From: an uncultured Actinomycetes bacterium
GTDB taxonomy: Bacteria; Actinomycetota; UBA4738; HRBIN12
NCBI GenBank assembly: GCA_963728735.1
Contig: CAVSLX010000021.1
Location: 4,518-68,517 of the forward strand
Reading direction: 5' to 3'
Length of the DNA stretch: 64,000 nt
The notes under the pieces are model-generated. The model saw only the letters and a program-made list of their open reading frames with translations. It ran no database searches and had not been told where the DNA came from. Position 1 is the first letter of the stretch. Each line of letters opens with the position of its first letter. This document shows, piece by piece, positions 49,013 through 60,964 of this stretch. The position numbers were made by a program, and so were the translations under genes.

Positions 49013-49802
49013 CACAGCCGCGCCGATACGCCGCCATCGACCGCCCAGGCGCTGCCGGTGACGAAGCTCGCGCGCTCCGACGCCAGGAACGCGACCACGG
49101 CGGCGACCTCCTCGGCGCGTGCCCATGCGGCCGAGCGGGATTTTGGCGACGCGGGGCTTCAGCACCTCGGCCTCGGACTGGCCGGTCTTGGCCATGGCGT
49201 CGCGGATGTTCTTGTCGTGGCGCTCGGTGCGGATCGCGGTCGGCACCACGGCGTTGACCAGGATGCCATCCTTGCCGAGCTCGTTGGCCAGCGCCACGGT
49301 CAGGTTCTGCACCGCGGCGTTGTTGAGCCCGGTGGTGATCGCGCCGAGCTGCGGCGTCCAGGCGGCGCCGCCGGAGAGGTTGACGATGCGGCCCCATTTG
49401 CGCTCGCGCATCGGCGGCACGGCGTGGCGGATGCAGCGCACGGTGCCGCGCAGCTTGTGGTCGAAGGCGTGGTCCCAGGCGGCCTCGTCCATCGGCGAAG
49501 AAGCTGCCCTGCGAGATGTTGGTGGCGTTGTTGACCAGGATGTCGAGCCGGCCGAATTCGGCGAGCGTGCGCTTGAACAGCGCGTCGACCGCCGCGGCAT
49601 CGTTGAGATCGGTCGGCACGCCGAGCACGCGGGCGTTGGTGTTGGCCTTCAGCTTGTCGACCGCCTCCGCGTTGCGCGCCGGATCGAGGCTCGCCACCAC
49701 CACATGCGCGCCCTCGGCCAGCAGCTCGGCCGAGATCGCGTAGCCGATGCCGCGATTGCCGCCGGTGACGATCGCGACGCGGTCGGTGAGGCCGAGGTCC
49801 AT
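49012..49802 (-). pseudogene. SDR-family oxidoreductase; frameshifted
   Basis: MDLGLTDRVAIVTGGNRGIGYAI...LDILVNNA, then RIVNLSGGAAW...ANELGKDGILVNAVVP, then ...FVTGSAWAVDGGVSARL*. Confidence 0.78.
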
Positions 49803-49849
49803 TGATCCTATCCGTCTCAACCTCATGGCCCGGGACAATCCGCCATGCG

Positions 49850-51037
49850 CTAACCCGTGTACTCCAGAATGTGCATGCCGGCGCCGGCGCGGTCGATCAG
49901 GTAGAGCCGGCCGTGCTCGTCGGTGCCGATGTCGTTCGACTGCACCGCCGGCCGGTCGCCCTCGAGCGCCGGCACGTAGCAGCCCTTCTCCTTCGGGTGG
50001 AACGGATCGCTGACGTCGACCGCGCGCAGCCCGGCGTTGAAGTAGGTCAGGAACACGATGTCCTTCCACGGCCCTTCGGCGCGGCAGGTGCTCCAGGATG
50101 TTGTGCGCGCCGTAGCGGCCGGGCCGGTCGAAGTACTTCTCGCGGTCCGGCATGAAGGTCGCGATCGGCACGAGCTTGTCCTCCTTGCGCGCGTCGATCA
50201 CCCACATGAACTGCGCGTCCCAGTATTTCTGCTTGGCGCGCGCCTCGTCGGTGACGATCAGGTAGGGCTTGTCGCCGAGCGGCCAGCAGGTGTGGTTGGA
50301 GCCGGGGAACGGCGGCGCCCAGGACAGGTGGCCGACGAGCTTCATGTTGCGCAGGTCCGAGCAGTCGATCACCGAGATGCCGCCGCCCCACCACGCGCAA
50401 TACATGCGGTTGCCGCGGATCATCGGCGGGCCGTGCAAGCGTGATCGCCTCCTCGTGCGGCTGCGGCGTCGCCGCTTCTCGCCCTCGCCGTCGCGCCTTC
50501 ATCCAGGGCAGGCCCCACTGGCTGACGACCTCGGGCTTGAGCGGATCGCTGATGTCGAGCGTCCAGATCACGCGCTTGTTCCAGCCCGGCGCGTCGTTCG
50601 GCAGGAACGCGAGCTTGCGCTTGTTGTCGACGCCGAAGCGGTGCGGGCCGGTGCCGGGCGTGTCGTAGAAGCCGATCTGCTTCGGCTCGCCGCCCTTGGA
50701 GATGTCGAAGATGAACAGGCCGGTGCGGGCGTTGCGCCCGGCCTCGCCGCCGAGCCGCTCGGAGTTGACGTAGAGGATGTCGCCGTCGACCACGCGCAGC
50801 TTGTGCGAATGCACGCCGGGCGGCGATTTCACCTCGGCGACCTTGCGCGGCTTGCGCGGATCGCGCACGTCGTGGACGGTGAAGCCCTCCGGCCCGTTGT
50901 AGCTCGCCGATGCCGACCGCGCCGACATAGGCGAAGCCCTTGTTGATCTCGACGATCGAGCCGCCGCCCCAGGCGGCGGACGGGTCGTGGCCGAGCAGTT
51001 TGAAGTTCTTGGCTTCTTCGGGAATTTTGACGGTCAT
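49850..51037 (-). pseudogene. Beta-propeller protein (LVIVD-repeat-like; hypothetical); frameshifted
   Basis: MTVKIPEEAKNFKLLGHD...FTVHDVRDPRKPRKV...LFIFDISKGGEPKQIG...WTLDISDPLKPEVV...GLRAVDVSDPFHPKE...LYLIDRAGAGMHILEYTG*. SD is agggag. Confidence 0.55.
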
Positions 51038-51054
51038 TGCTTCACTCCCTGGCC

Positions 51055-52974
51055 TCACGTTCCAGCCGCCGTGCCGGCTATCTTCGCAGGCGTGCATGGC
51101 CGGGCAAGCCCGGCCATGACGGCAGTGATGCGATCCTGCGTGCATGAACTTACGGCTGATACCGCCCGCCGATCGCCGAGCTTGCTATGGCCGAGGCCGG
51201 GCAGTTCCCAGACGCCGGCGCCGCCGGGGTTCTGGTCGGCGCCGATGTTGGCGTCGATCAGGTACGGCTTGTTGGCGGCGATCGCCATGCGCACCGCGTC
51301 GCCGAGGTCGCCGGCGCGGTCGACGCTGCACGCCCTCGACGCCGGCCGAGCGCGCCATCGCGGCGAAGTCCGGATTGTAGGGCTTGCCGGTCTCGGGATG
51401 CTTGAAGTCGGTGGCAAGCTCGCGGCCGTCGAGATAGCCGCGCTGCAACCCGCGGATCGACGCATAGGCGTAATTGTTCCACACCACCCAGACGACCGGC
51501 AGATTGTACTCGACCGCGGTGCCGAGCACGTTGGCGTGCATGAAGAACGCGCCGTCGCCGCACACCGACACGCACGGCCGGTCGGGCGCGGCGAACTTCG
51601 CGCCGAGCACGCCGGCGACGCCGAAGCCCATCGGGCCGAAGCCCATGCAGCCGATGAAGCGAGTCCGGCCGCTTCGGCTTGCAGAATTGCAGCAGCCAGT
51701 TGTGATGCACGCCGATGTCGCTGACCATGATGGCGTCGTCGGGCAGCGCCTTGTCGATCTCGGCGGCGGCGCGCTGCGGATGGATCGGCGTGCGAGTCGT
51801 CGGTGAAGCCCGGCGCGATGAACTCGTCCCATTCCTTGCGGTAGCCGTCGATCGTCGCGAGCCATTTCTTGCGCGAGCGCCGCGGCGTCGGCGACGCCCT
51901 TGCGCGCGGTCGAGCTCGGCCAGCACCTGGCGCAGGAAGGTGCGCACGTCCGCCATCAGCCCGAGCGCGACCGGATAGTTGCGCGCCGATCTCCTCCGGG
52001 ATCGATGTCGACGTGGATCAGCTTGGTCGGCGGGATGGTGAACGAGTAGCCCGGAATCCACGAGCTCGAGGTGCGGTCGTCGAAGCGCACGCCGAGCGCC
52101 AGCAGCACGTCGGCCTGCCGCGCCGCGCTGGTTGGCCTGATAGGCGCCGCCGCGCGAGACCAGGCCGAGCGACAGCGGATGCTGCGTGTCGATCGCGCCG
52201 ATGCCGCTCATGCGAATGCGCCGACCGGGATTTGCAGCTTCTCGGCGAGCGCGCAGCAGATCGTCGGCCGCGCCGCCGTACTTCACGCCCTGGCCGACCA
52301 GGATCACCGGCCGCTCGGCCGCGAGCAGCATGTCGACCGCCTTGCGTCACGCCCTCGGGATCGGCGCCGCAGCGGCGACGAGATGTTGGCGCTCCATTCC
52401 TCGGGCTTCGGCGTCTCCTCGGCGGCGGCCTCCTTGAACACGTCGAACGGCACGTCGAGCACCACCGGGCCCGGCCGGCCGGTCACCATGGTCTTCCAGG
52501 CCTGCCGCACCATCAGCGGCACCTGCTCGCCGCGCGTCGGCTGGAACACCCGCTTGCAGATGCGCGCGGACGGTGGACGGGAAGTCGGCCTGGTGCTGGC
52601 GGTACAGCTCCTGGAACGCGCCGCGGTTGAACTGGCTGGTCGGCACGTTGCCGGTCACCGCGAGGAACGGCACCGAATCGAGATAGGCGGTGGCGAGCGC
52701 GATCGGCAGGTTCATCGAGCCGGGCCCGCAGGACGTGAACGTCGCGACCGGCTGGCCGCGAGACGCGGTAATAGACGTCGGCCATGAAGCCCGCGACGCT
52801 CTCGTGATGCACCGAGATGGTCTTGATGTCGCTCTGGCGCTCGTGCAGCGCGTCGATGAACTGGATGTTGCCGTGCCCGCACAGGCCGAAGGCGTAGGGC
52901 ACCTTCTCGCGGATCAGGTAGTCGACGATGACCTGGCCGCCATCGAGCATGTTGTTGGAGGATCGTTTGAGCAT
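51055..52974 (-). pseudogene. Thiamine-diphosphate-dependent enzyme (acetolactate-synthase large-subunit family); multiply frameshifted
   Basis: N-terminus is VIVDYLIREKVPYAFGLCGHGNIQFIDAL. The ThDP motif region is GCMGFGPMGFGVAGVLGAKFA...VCGDGAFFMHANVLGTAVEYNLPVVWVVWNN. Confidence 0.72.
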
Positions 52975-53122
52975 TGCTGATTCCCCGGTGGCGCACCGAC
53001 GCCGTCATGCCCGGCTTCATGCGGCATCAATGCCGGGCATCCACGTCTGCGGCATACAAGCAAGACGGATGGCGAGCGTGATCGCTGAACTGGGAACTAG
53101 CGTTCGCGCCGAGGATGATCCA

Positions 53123-53551
53123 ATGATGATCGGCCAGCTCGCGTCTCATCACCGCTGCGCTGTTCGCGGGCGCCGCGATCTACGTCAACGTCGCGGAGCA
53201 GCGGGCGCGGCTCGACCCTGGACGACCGCGCGCTACTGGCGGAATGGAAGCCGAGCTACGCCTACGGCGCACTGATGCAAGCGAGCCTTGCGGCGCTTTC
53301 AGGGCTGCTGGGGCTTGGCGTGGTGGCTGACGAAGGATTGGCGCTGGGCGGCCGGCGCCGTGCTGATCCTGGCGAACTGGCCCTACACGCTGCTGGTGAT
53401 CAAGCCGACCAACGACGCGTTGAACGCCATCACCGCCGACAAGGCCGACGCAACGTCGCGCGCACTGATCGAAAACTGGGGCCGGCTGCACGCCGTGCGG
53501 TCGGCGCTCGGCGCGGCGGCGACGCGATTCTGGCCTAATTGTGGGCGCTGA
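53123..53551 (+). pseudogene. DUF1772 (anthrone-oxygenase-like) membrane protein; frameshifted
   Basis: LITAALFAGAAIYVNVAEQRARL... / [34 protein letters not shown]...[14 protein letters not shown]. Confidence 0.55.
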
Positions 53552-53562
53552 ACTGCCAGCAT

Positions 53563-54544
53563 TCAGCGCGCGAGGCGCTGCAGCGCCTTGTCGTAGTACG
53601 ACAGGTCGAGATATTTCGCCGGGTGCGGGCACCGGCCCGCCCTCGACCTCCTGGCGCAAGCCGAGCACGTTGTCGAAGCCTCGGCGCTCAGCTTGGCGTC
53701 CGGGATTGAAGCCGAAGCCCGGCTCGATCATCAGGTCGTAGCTGCGGGTCGCGAGCGAGCGCGACAGATTGCGCTTGTCCATCAGCAGCGCGATCGCCTC
53801 GTCGCGATTGGCTTTGTCGAGCACCCAGCGCAGCAACTCGACGTAGCCCGCGAGGTAGCGCTCCAGCGTCTCGGGGTTGGCCTTGGCCCAGGACCGCAGC
53901 ACGAAGGCGCCGCCGGCCTGGTAGGGGCCGAGCAGGTCGACGGTGCGGCCCATGCTCTTCAGCCCGGCCTCGATCGCCTGCGCCGAGAACGGCAGGTTCA
54001 TGATCGCGGCGGCGTTGTCGCCGCCCTCGAGCATCGCCTTGAGCCGGAAGGGACCGGCGCCGACCGCATTGATCCGGTAGTCGACACCGTCCTTCAGCCC
54101 GTGCTTGAGCAGGATTTTCTTCGCCTGCAGCGCGTAGGCGGTGTTCGGCGCGTCAGTGACCAGCGCCTTGCCGCGGATGTCGGCAAACGGGTTGATGTCG
54201 CGGCCGACGATGAACTCGTTGGTGCCGCCGTCGCCGCCCGAGACGATCACCACGTCGACCTTGGCGACCTCGATCATGGCGAGCGCGTTGTCGACCGCCG
54301 AATGCACCACCTCGAACTTGCCGGCGGCCAGGCCCTCGCGCTGGCTTCGAGAGCTCTCGGTGAATTCGAATTCCAGCTTGATGCCGTGCCTGGCGAAAAT
54401 CGCCTTCTCGACGCCGACAAAGAACGGCAGCGAGCGCGCGGTCGGAAAGGTGTTGACCCGGATCAGCATTTGCTCCGCCGCCGTCGCGTTGCCGCAGGCT
54501 AGGGCAAGACCGGTCAGCATTGCCGCAAAGCACGTGAATCTCAT
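53563..54544 (-). pseudogene. ABC transporter substrate-binding protein (NitT/TauT, NMT1-like); frameshift near the 3' end
   Basis: Signal is MRFTCFAAMLTGLALACGNATAA. Then LIRVNTFPTARSLPFFVGVEKAIFARHGIKLEF. The end was recovered in another frame as PAKYLDLSYYDKALQRLAR*. Confidence 0.7.
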
Positions 54545-54701
54545 GAGAAAGGCTCTTTTGTAGCGGGCTGGACCTGCTAAGAGATAAAAACTCAGTGGGC
54601 CGGTGCCCCGGGAGCATAACAGGCTGTCGAGCGCGTCTCAGCAGTCATTCCGGGACCAACCGGCCGGCCTTTGAATGACGGCTTAGTGGGCGGAGATCGA
54701 G

Positions 54702-54731
54702 AATGCGACTGGGTTACTTCACGATGCCGGT
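54702..54731 (+). pseudogene. First ~10 codons of a luciferase-like (LLM-class) monooxygenase, cut at the second breakpoint
   Basis: atgcgactgggttacttcacgatgccggtg = MRLGYFTMPV, a typical LLM N-terminus. The following residues (LIAAALAREAGGG...) have no LLM character, and sequence composition changes. Confidence 0.45.
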
Positions 54732-54839
54732 GCTGATCGCGGCGGCGCTCGCTCGTGAGGCGGGGGGTGGCGTGGTCCGCCTCGGCGGTACGTGGCGGGG
54801 CCGCACTGCCACGATCGAGCTCGCGACGGTAGGAGGCTC

Positions 54840-55117
54840 ATGCAACCAAAAGAAGTATTCGACGAGCTGAAGACGATCCTGGTCGCGCGGCTGAAGTTCG
54901 ATCCGCGCCGCGCCGCCGAGGTCGCGCCGGACGACGCCGCTGCCCAAGGGCGTCGACGGCTCCATCGGCCTCGACTCGCTCGACTTCATCGAGCTGTCGA
55001 TCGCCATCGAGGAGCGCTTCGGCGTCGTCATGGACGAGTCGCGAGGATCTGGCGCCGCACTTCGGCTCGCTCGACACGCTGTCACGCTTCATCGCGGGGC
55101 GACTCGGCGGCGCATGA
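54840..55117 (+). pseudogene. Acyl carrier protein; two frameshifts
   Basis: aggagg SD. MQPKEVFDELKTILVARLKFDP.., then GVDGSIGLDSLDFIELSIAIEERFGV (DSL phosphopantetheine site), then LAPHFGSLDTLSRFIAGRLGGA*. Confidence 0.8.
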
Positions 55118-56297
55118 GACGTGTCGTCGTCACCGGGCTCGGCGCCGTCAGCCCCTTCGGCGCCGGCGTGAAGGCGTACTGGGCCGGGCTGGCCGCCGGG
55201 CGCTGCGCGATCCGCCCGCTCACGCTCATCGACGCCGGCGGCTTCCGCTGCCGGATCGGCGCCGAGGTGCCCGAGACGCCCGCCGGGCTCGTCGCGCCGC
55301 TCGCGCGCCGACCGCCTGGCCCTGGCGGCCGCCGCCGAGGCGCTGGACGACGCCGGGCTCGGGCGCGCCGAGCGCAGCGGCGCCGCGCTCGTCGTCGGCG
55401 CCGTGGGCGGCGGGATGCTGGAGGCCGAGGCTGGTACTGGGCGCGCGCGCGGGGCGCAGCGGCCGCCGGGCTCGGCCGCCGCGCTGCGCGCGATCCTGCC
55501 GTACGTCGCACGCGGAGGCGCTCGGCCGCCGCCTGCGCCTCGGCGGCCCGCGCGACACGGTGGTGACCGCGTGCAGCTCGGGCGCCGCCGCGCTGGCCGT
55601 GGCCGCCGAGCTGATCGCCGACGGCGTCGTGCGACGTCGCGCTGGCGGGCGGCGTCGACGCCATCACGCGCATCTGCTTCATGGGCTTCAACGCGCTGAA
55701 GCTCCTCGATCCCGAGCCGTGCCGTCCCTTCGATCGCGACCGGCGCGGGATGTCGATCGGCGAGGGCGCGGCCTTCCTCGTGCTGGAGTCCGCCGAGCAC
55801 GCCCGCGCGCGCGGCGCCGCGCGCGTACGCGGAGCTGGCCGGCACGGCATGACGACCGACGCCTACCACGTCACCGCGCCGCACCCGGAGGGCGACGGGC
55901 ATGGCGCGCGCCATGCGCGCCGCGCTCGCGCGCCGGGCGCGTGCGCCGGCGACGGTCGGCTACGTCAACGCGCACGGCACCGCCACGCCGCAGAACGACC
56001 GCATCGAGGCGCGGGCCATCGCGCAGGTCTTCGGCGAGGGGCGCGTCCTCGTCAGCTCGACCAAGTCGATGATCGGCCACACGATGGCCGCGGCCGGCAG
56101 CCTGGAGGCCGTGGCGACGATGCTCGCGCTCGCGCACGGACGGTGCCGCCGACGGCGAACCTCACCACGCCCGATCCCGAGGTCGCCTTCGACTGCGTGC
56201 CGCGCGCCGCGCGCGAGGCGCCGCTCGAGTACGCGATCTCGAACTCCTTCGGCTTCGGCGGCCAGAACGTCACGCTGCTGTTCCGTCGTCGGCATGA
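55114..56297 (+). pseudogene. Beta-ketoacyl-ACP synthase (KAS I/II-type); multiply frameshifted
   Basis: MRRVVVTGLGAVSPFG; [17 protein letters not shown] (active-site Cys); [12 protein letters not shown]; [14 protein letters not shown]; [18 protein letters not shown]-type overlaps at both ends. Confidence 0.82.
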
Positions 56298-57379
56298 CGC
56301 CGACGCGCCGGGAGGTCGTCGTCACCGGCGTGGGCGTCGTCACGCCGCCGTCGTGGGCGATTCCTCCGCGCTCGGCGCGTGGCTCGCGCGGCCCCGGCTG
56401 CGGCCCGGAGCGGCGCGCGGCCGCCGTGCGCCTGCCCGAGGCGACGCTGGCGGCGCTCATCGACCCCGGCGAGGCGCGGCGGCTCGTCGCGCGTCTGCCA
56501 GCTCGCGATCGCCGCCGCGCGCCTCGCGGTGGCCGACGCGCGGTGTCGACCCCGCGCGCGGCCTCGGGCTCGTGGTCGGCACCGAGCTCGGCGACTTCAC
56601 CTCGACGATCGCCTTCGCCGACGGCTACCTCGCGCGCGGAGCGAGCCGGGCTGTCGCCGCTGCTCTTTCCCAACACCGTGATGAACACGATGGCCGCGAC
56701 CACCGCCATCGCGGTCGGCGCGCGGGAGCTGCGCTCACGCTCAACGCGCCGACGGTGGCCGGCGAGCTGGCGGTCGCGCGCGCGGCGGCCGCCGTCGCGA
56801 GCGGCCGCGCCGACGCCGTGCTCGCCGGCGGCGTGGACGAGCTCGATCCGCTGGTGGCCGAGATGCTCGACGCGCTCGGCGACCAGGGCCTCCGCGGCGA
56901 GGGCGCCGCCTTCCTCGTGCTGGAGGCGGCGGCGAGCGCCCGCGTGCGCGGCGCGGCGGTCCTGGGACGGATCTCGGGGGCCGCCTGGCGCTCCGCTGCC
57001 GGCGCGACCGTGGGGGGTGGGCGCCGCGCGACGTCGACGCGCGATCGGCGCCGCGGTGGCGCGCGCCGGCGAGACGCCGGCTGGCTCTACGTCTCCGCCA
57101 GCGGGGACGCCGAGCGCGACGCGTGGGAGGCGCGCGTGCTCGCAGCCGCGCTCGGCGCGGAGCGGCCGATGGCCGGCTCGCTCGGCCCCTGATCGGGCAC
57201 CACGCGGGGCTCGGTGTCCTGCGCGTGGCGGCCGCCGCGTGGACGGCCCGGTCGGGCGTGCTCGTGACGGACGAGGCCGGCACACCGGCCCGCGTCGCGG
57301 GCGCGGCCTCGTCCACGGGCTGGCCCGCGGCGGCGGCCACGTGGCGGTCTGCGTGGGCGCGCCAACCCCGAGCCTCTGA
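56294..57379 (+). pseudogene. Second ketosynthase-like protein (possible chain-length-factor-type partner); multiply frameshifted
   Basis: [18 protein letters not shown]...; [22 protein letters not shown]...; [11 protein letters not shown]; [19 protein letters not shown] could not find a clear active-site Cys. Confidence 0.55.
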
Positions 57380-57395
57380 CCCGGATGGAGAAGGC

Positions 57396-58413
57396 ATGAC
57401 GGTGGTGATCGTGATCCCGGTCTTCAACGAGGCGGCGACGATCGGCGGTGTGGTCGCGGCCGCCCGCGTGCACGGCCCGGTGCTCGTCGTCGACGACGGC
57501 TCGCGCGACGGCAGCGGGGACGTCGCGGCCGCCGCGGGCGCCGAGGTGCTGCGCCATCCGCGGCGCCTGGGCAAGGCGCAGGCCCTGCTCACGGGCGTCG
57601 CCGCCGCGCGGCGCCGCGGCGCGGCGCTGGTCGTGACCCTGGACGGCGACGGCCAGCACGACCCCGACGGCATCCCCGCGCTGCTGGAGGCCGCGCGCCG
57701 CAGGCACCGCACGGTGATCGTCGGCAATCGGTTCCAGGGCGTGGGCGCGCTGCCGCCGCACCGGCGCAACGCGATCCGCGTCGCCAGCTTCTTCGCGAGC
57801 TGGACGAGCGGGCTGCCGCTCTGCGACACGCAGTCCGGGTTCCGCGTCTACCCGATCACGCTGTTCGACGAGGTGCGGACGCGGCGCGGGCGGCTTCGTG
57901 TTCGAGACCGAGATCCTCGCTGGCGGCGGCCAGCCAGGGCTGGTCGGTGGAGGAGGTCGCCGTGGGCGGCGCGGCCGCGCGTCGGCGCCGGCAGCCGCTT
58001 TCGCCCGGTGCGCGACGGCGTCGCGATCGGCGGCTTCCTGGCCGGCCGCGTGGCGAGTCGCTGGGCCCGGGAAGCGCGCACCTGCACGCACGAGCTGCTG
58101 GCGGTCTTCAACGGTGACCGGCTCGCGCAGCGGCACGCCGCGCTCCTCGAGGCGGCCGCGCCCTACGGCGACTCGCCCGCGGGATGGGGCGCGCGCCATC
58201 GGCGCCGCCGCCGCCCGCAGGGCCGGCCTCCGCCTGCGCGCGATCTGGTGGGCGGCGCGCGAGCGGGGGACGCCCGCGGCGGCGGTGGCCACGCTGGCGG
58301 CGCCGCTGAGCCTGCCCCTGCTGCTGCTCCAGGCGCTCACCGGCGGGCGCGGCCCGGACGTCGTGACCCCCCTGGTCGACACGGTCTATGCGACCCCCGC
58401 GCCAGCCTCATGA
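57396..58413 (+). pseudogene. Family 2 glycosyltransferase (polyprenyl-phosphate sugar transferase-like, ArnC/DPM1-type) with a C-terminal hydrophobic extension; frameshifted
   Basis: MTVVIVIPVFNEAATIG...VVDDGSRDGSG...VTLDGDGQHDPDGIP...CDTQSGFRVYP...FVFETEIL. Confidence 0.78.
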
Positions 58414-58461
58414 CGACCGGACGAGCGTCCGCGTCGGAGCGTCGCGGGCGGAGGAACGTCG

Positions 58462-59752
58462 ATGACGGCCGAGGTGTACGACGTCGCGGTCATCGGAGGC
58501 GGGCCGGGCGGCTCGACGGTCGCCACGCTTCCTGGCCCGCGGGCGGCCTGAGCGTGGCGCTCTTCGAGCGCGAGTCGTTCCCGCGCTTCCACGTCGGCGA
58601 ATCGCTGATGCCGGCCGCGATGCTGCTGCTCGAGCGCCTCGGCGTGCTGCGAGCCCGTCGCGGCGCGGCGGCTTCCAGATCAAGAACGGCGCGACGTTCA
58701 TCGACCAGGAGACCGGGCTCGGCCACACCTTCTACTTCTGCAGGGCAAGCCGTGGCCGCAGTGGACCTACCAGGTGCCGCGCGCGGAGTTCGACACGATC
58801 CTGCTGGAGCACGCGCGGAAGCCCGGGCGTGCACGTGCTCCAGCCGGCGACCGTCGAGCACGGTCGCCTTCGACGCCGACGGCGTCACGCTCGCGAGGCC
58901 GAGAGCGGCGGCGAGCGGGTCACGCACGCGCGCGCGCTTCCTGGTGGACGCCAGCGGGCGCGACGGCTTCCTGGCCAGCCGGCTGGGCGCAGCGCGAGCG
59001 GATCCCGAACCTCGGCAAGGTCGCGCTCTTCGCCCACTACCGCGGCGCCGATCGCTTCTCCGGGCAGGAAGAGGGCAACATCCGCATCTACGTGTTCGAC
59101 GGACGGCTGGTTCTGGTGGATCCCGTTCGCGGGCGACGTCACGAGCGTGGGCGGCGTGCTGCACGCGCGCACGGTGCGCGAGCGCGCTGGCACCCTGGAG
59201 GAGCTGCTACGACGACGATGATGCGGCCGCTGCCCGCGGTGCGCGACGCAGCTCGGCGCGCGCCGAGCGGGTGACCCCGGTCCACCGCGCGGCCAACTTC
59301 TCGTACAGGGACGCGCCGGTCGTCGGCGACCGGTTCCTGAGCGTGGGCGACGCGGTCGCGTTCGTGGACCCGATCTTCTCCGGCGGCGTCTTCATCGCCA
59401 TGCGGAGCGGCGGAGCTGGCCGCGGAGGCGATCCGGCGCGCCTTCGCCGACGGCCGGTTCGAGGCCCGGCGCTTCGCGCGGCTACGAGCGCCAGGTGCGG
59501 CGCGGCATGGCGCCGTTCTTCCGGTTCATCCACAAGTACTACGAGCCGGCGTTCCTCGACCTGTTCCTGAAGCCCGAACAACGCGTTCGGGATGCGTGAC
59601 CGCCGTGCTGAACGTGCTGTCGGGCGGCAGCTTCATCCAGCTGCCGCTGCGCATGCGCTTCGCGCTCGCCTGCTCTTCACGCTCGACCCGGATCAACACG
59701 TGGCTCCGCCGCCGGACCGGGCCGGCCGGCCGAGTCGCGGCTCGAATGGTAG
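58462..59752 (+). pseudogene. Flavin-dependent halogenase-like NAD(P)/FAD oxidoreductase; multiply frameshifted
   Basis: YDVAVIGGGPGGSTVA (GxGxxG); FPRFHVGESLMP; FLVDASGRDGFL; DGWFWWIPF (WxWxIP halogenase signature); GDAVAFVDPIFSGGVFIA; the C-terminus ends ESRLEW*. Confidence 0.75.
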
Positions 59753-59762
59753 GCCGCTGCCC

Positions 59763-60964
59763 GTGAGCGTCCTCCGGCTGGTCCGCCAGTACGCCTTCAC
59801 GATCGTCGGCATCGCCATCGGCGTGGCGGGCTCGTGGCCCTCGGCGCGATGGCCGAGCGCATCGTGCGCTTCATCGAGGGCGGCGACCGCTTCGTGCTCG
59901 GGCAGATCTCGGTGGCCGGGCGCGGGATGGGCATGGGCACGGGCTTCACCGCCGGCGGCCTGCTGCCGCGGCCAGCGTCGCGCGATCGCCGCAGCGTCGC
60001 AGGGCGTGGCGGGCGTGCAGGCCCAGGTGATGCTGCCGCTGAACCCGACCACCTCGCAGTTCATGACGCTGACCCAGGAGCTGGTCCTCGGCATGGACCT
60101 CGCGGTGCCGATGCCCAACCGCCACTACCGCGACGCTGCCCGTCGGGCGGGCCGCTTCCTGCGCGCCGGGCGACCGCCGGGTGGCCGTGCGTGGGCGCGG
60201 CCTTCGCGGCCTCGCGCGGCCTCGCGCGTGGGCCCGCCTGCCGCTCGAGGGCGAGTCCTACGAGGTGGTCGGGCGTGCTCGAGCGGACGCTCACCGCGCC
60301 CGACCGCTTCGTGATCGTGCCGATCGAGGACGCGCGCGAGCAGTGGGTGGCCAAGGACCCGCTGCTGCGCACGGTGCTGGCCTCGGGCGGCGGTCGCCCT
60401 GCACCGCGGCCGATCTCAACACCGGCGCGGCGGTCGGCTGGCGCGACGGCGAGGACCCGGACGCGGTGGCCCGGCGGCATCGCGCGAGCGGGTGCCGGGC
60501 GTCAACGTGCAGATCCCGAGCGAGCTGAGCCGGCATGCTCCGCTCGTCCACCGCGTTCTTCTCGGCGCTGCTCGTGGGCATCGGCGCGCTCGGCCTCGTG
60601 ATCGGCGGGCTGTCGCTCGCCAACACCGTGGCGGCCGCGGTGTTCGAGCGCATCCGCGACTTCGGGGTCAAGCGCGCGCTCGGCGCCACCGACCTGCAGC
60701 TCGGCCGCGAGGTGCTCGGCGAGGCGCTCGGCGGTGACGCTGCCGGGCGGCGCGCTGGGCGTCGGCGCTGGCCATCGCGCTCGGCGCCGGCGTGGACGGC
60801 TGGGCCGCGCGGACGGGCCAGCAGCTCTTCCTCTTCTCGCCGCGGCTGCTCGGGGGCGCGCTGGTCTTCTCGCGTGCTGCTCGGGCGCGGTGGCGGCCGC
60901 CTACGCCACGCTCCGCGTCGTGCGGCTCTCGCCGGCCGAGGCGATCCGCCGCGGTGGCGCCTGA
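59763..60964 (+). pseudogene. ABC transporter permease (FtsX/MacB/LolC-type); multiply frameshifted
   Basis: N-terminal TM is FTIVGIAIGVAG. A large extracytoplasmic section follows. FtsX-type C-terminus is LVGIGALGLVIGGLSLANTVAAAVFERIRDFGVKRALGAT...LSPAEAIRRGGA*. Confidence 0.68.

Noticed and set aside
47646-54731. The proteobacterial-type block as a horizontally acquired genomic island
   Set aside because: Genes are truncated mid-ORF at both ends (adnA and a Bug gene at one end, an LLM gene at the other). There is no integrase, transposase, tRNA attachment site or flanking direct repeat, and error profile and composition change at the same points. Misassembly or concatenation is the simpler explanation.
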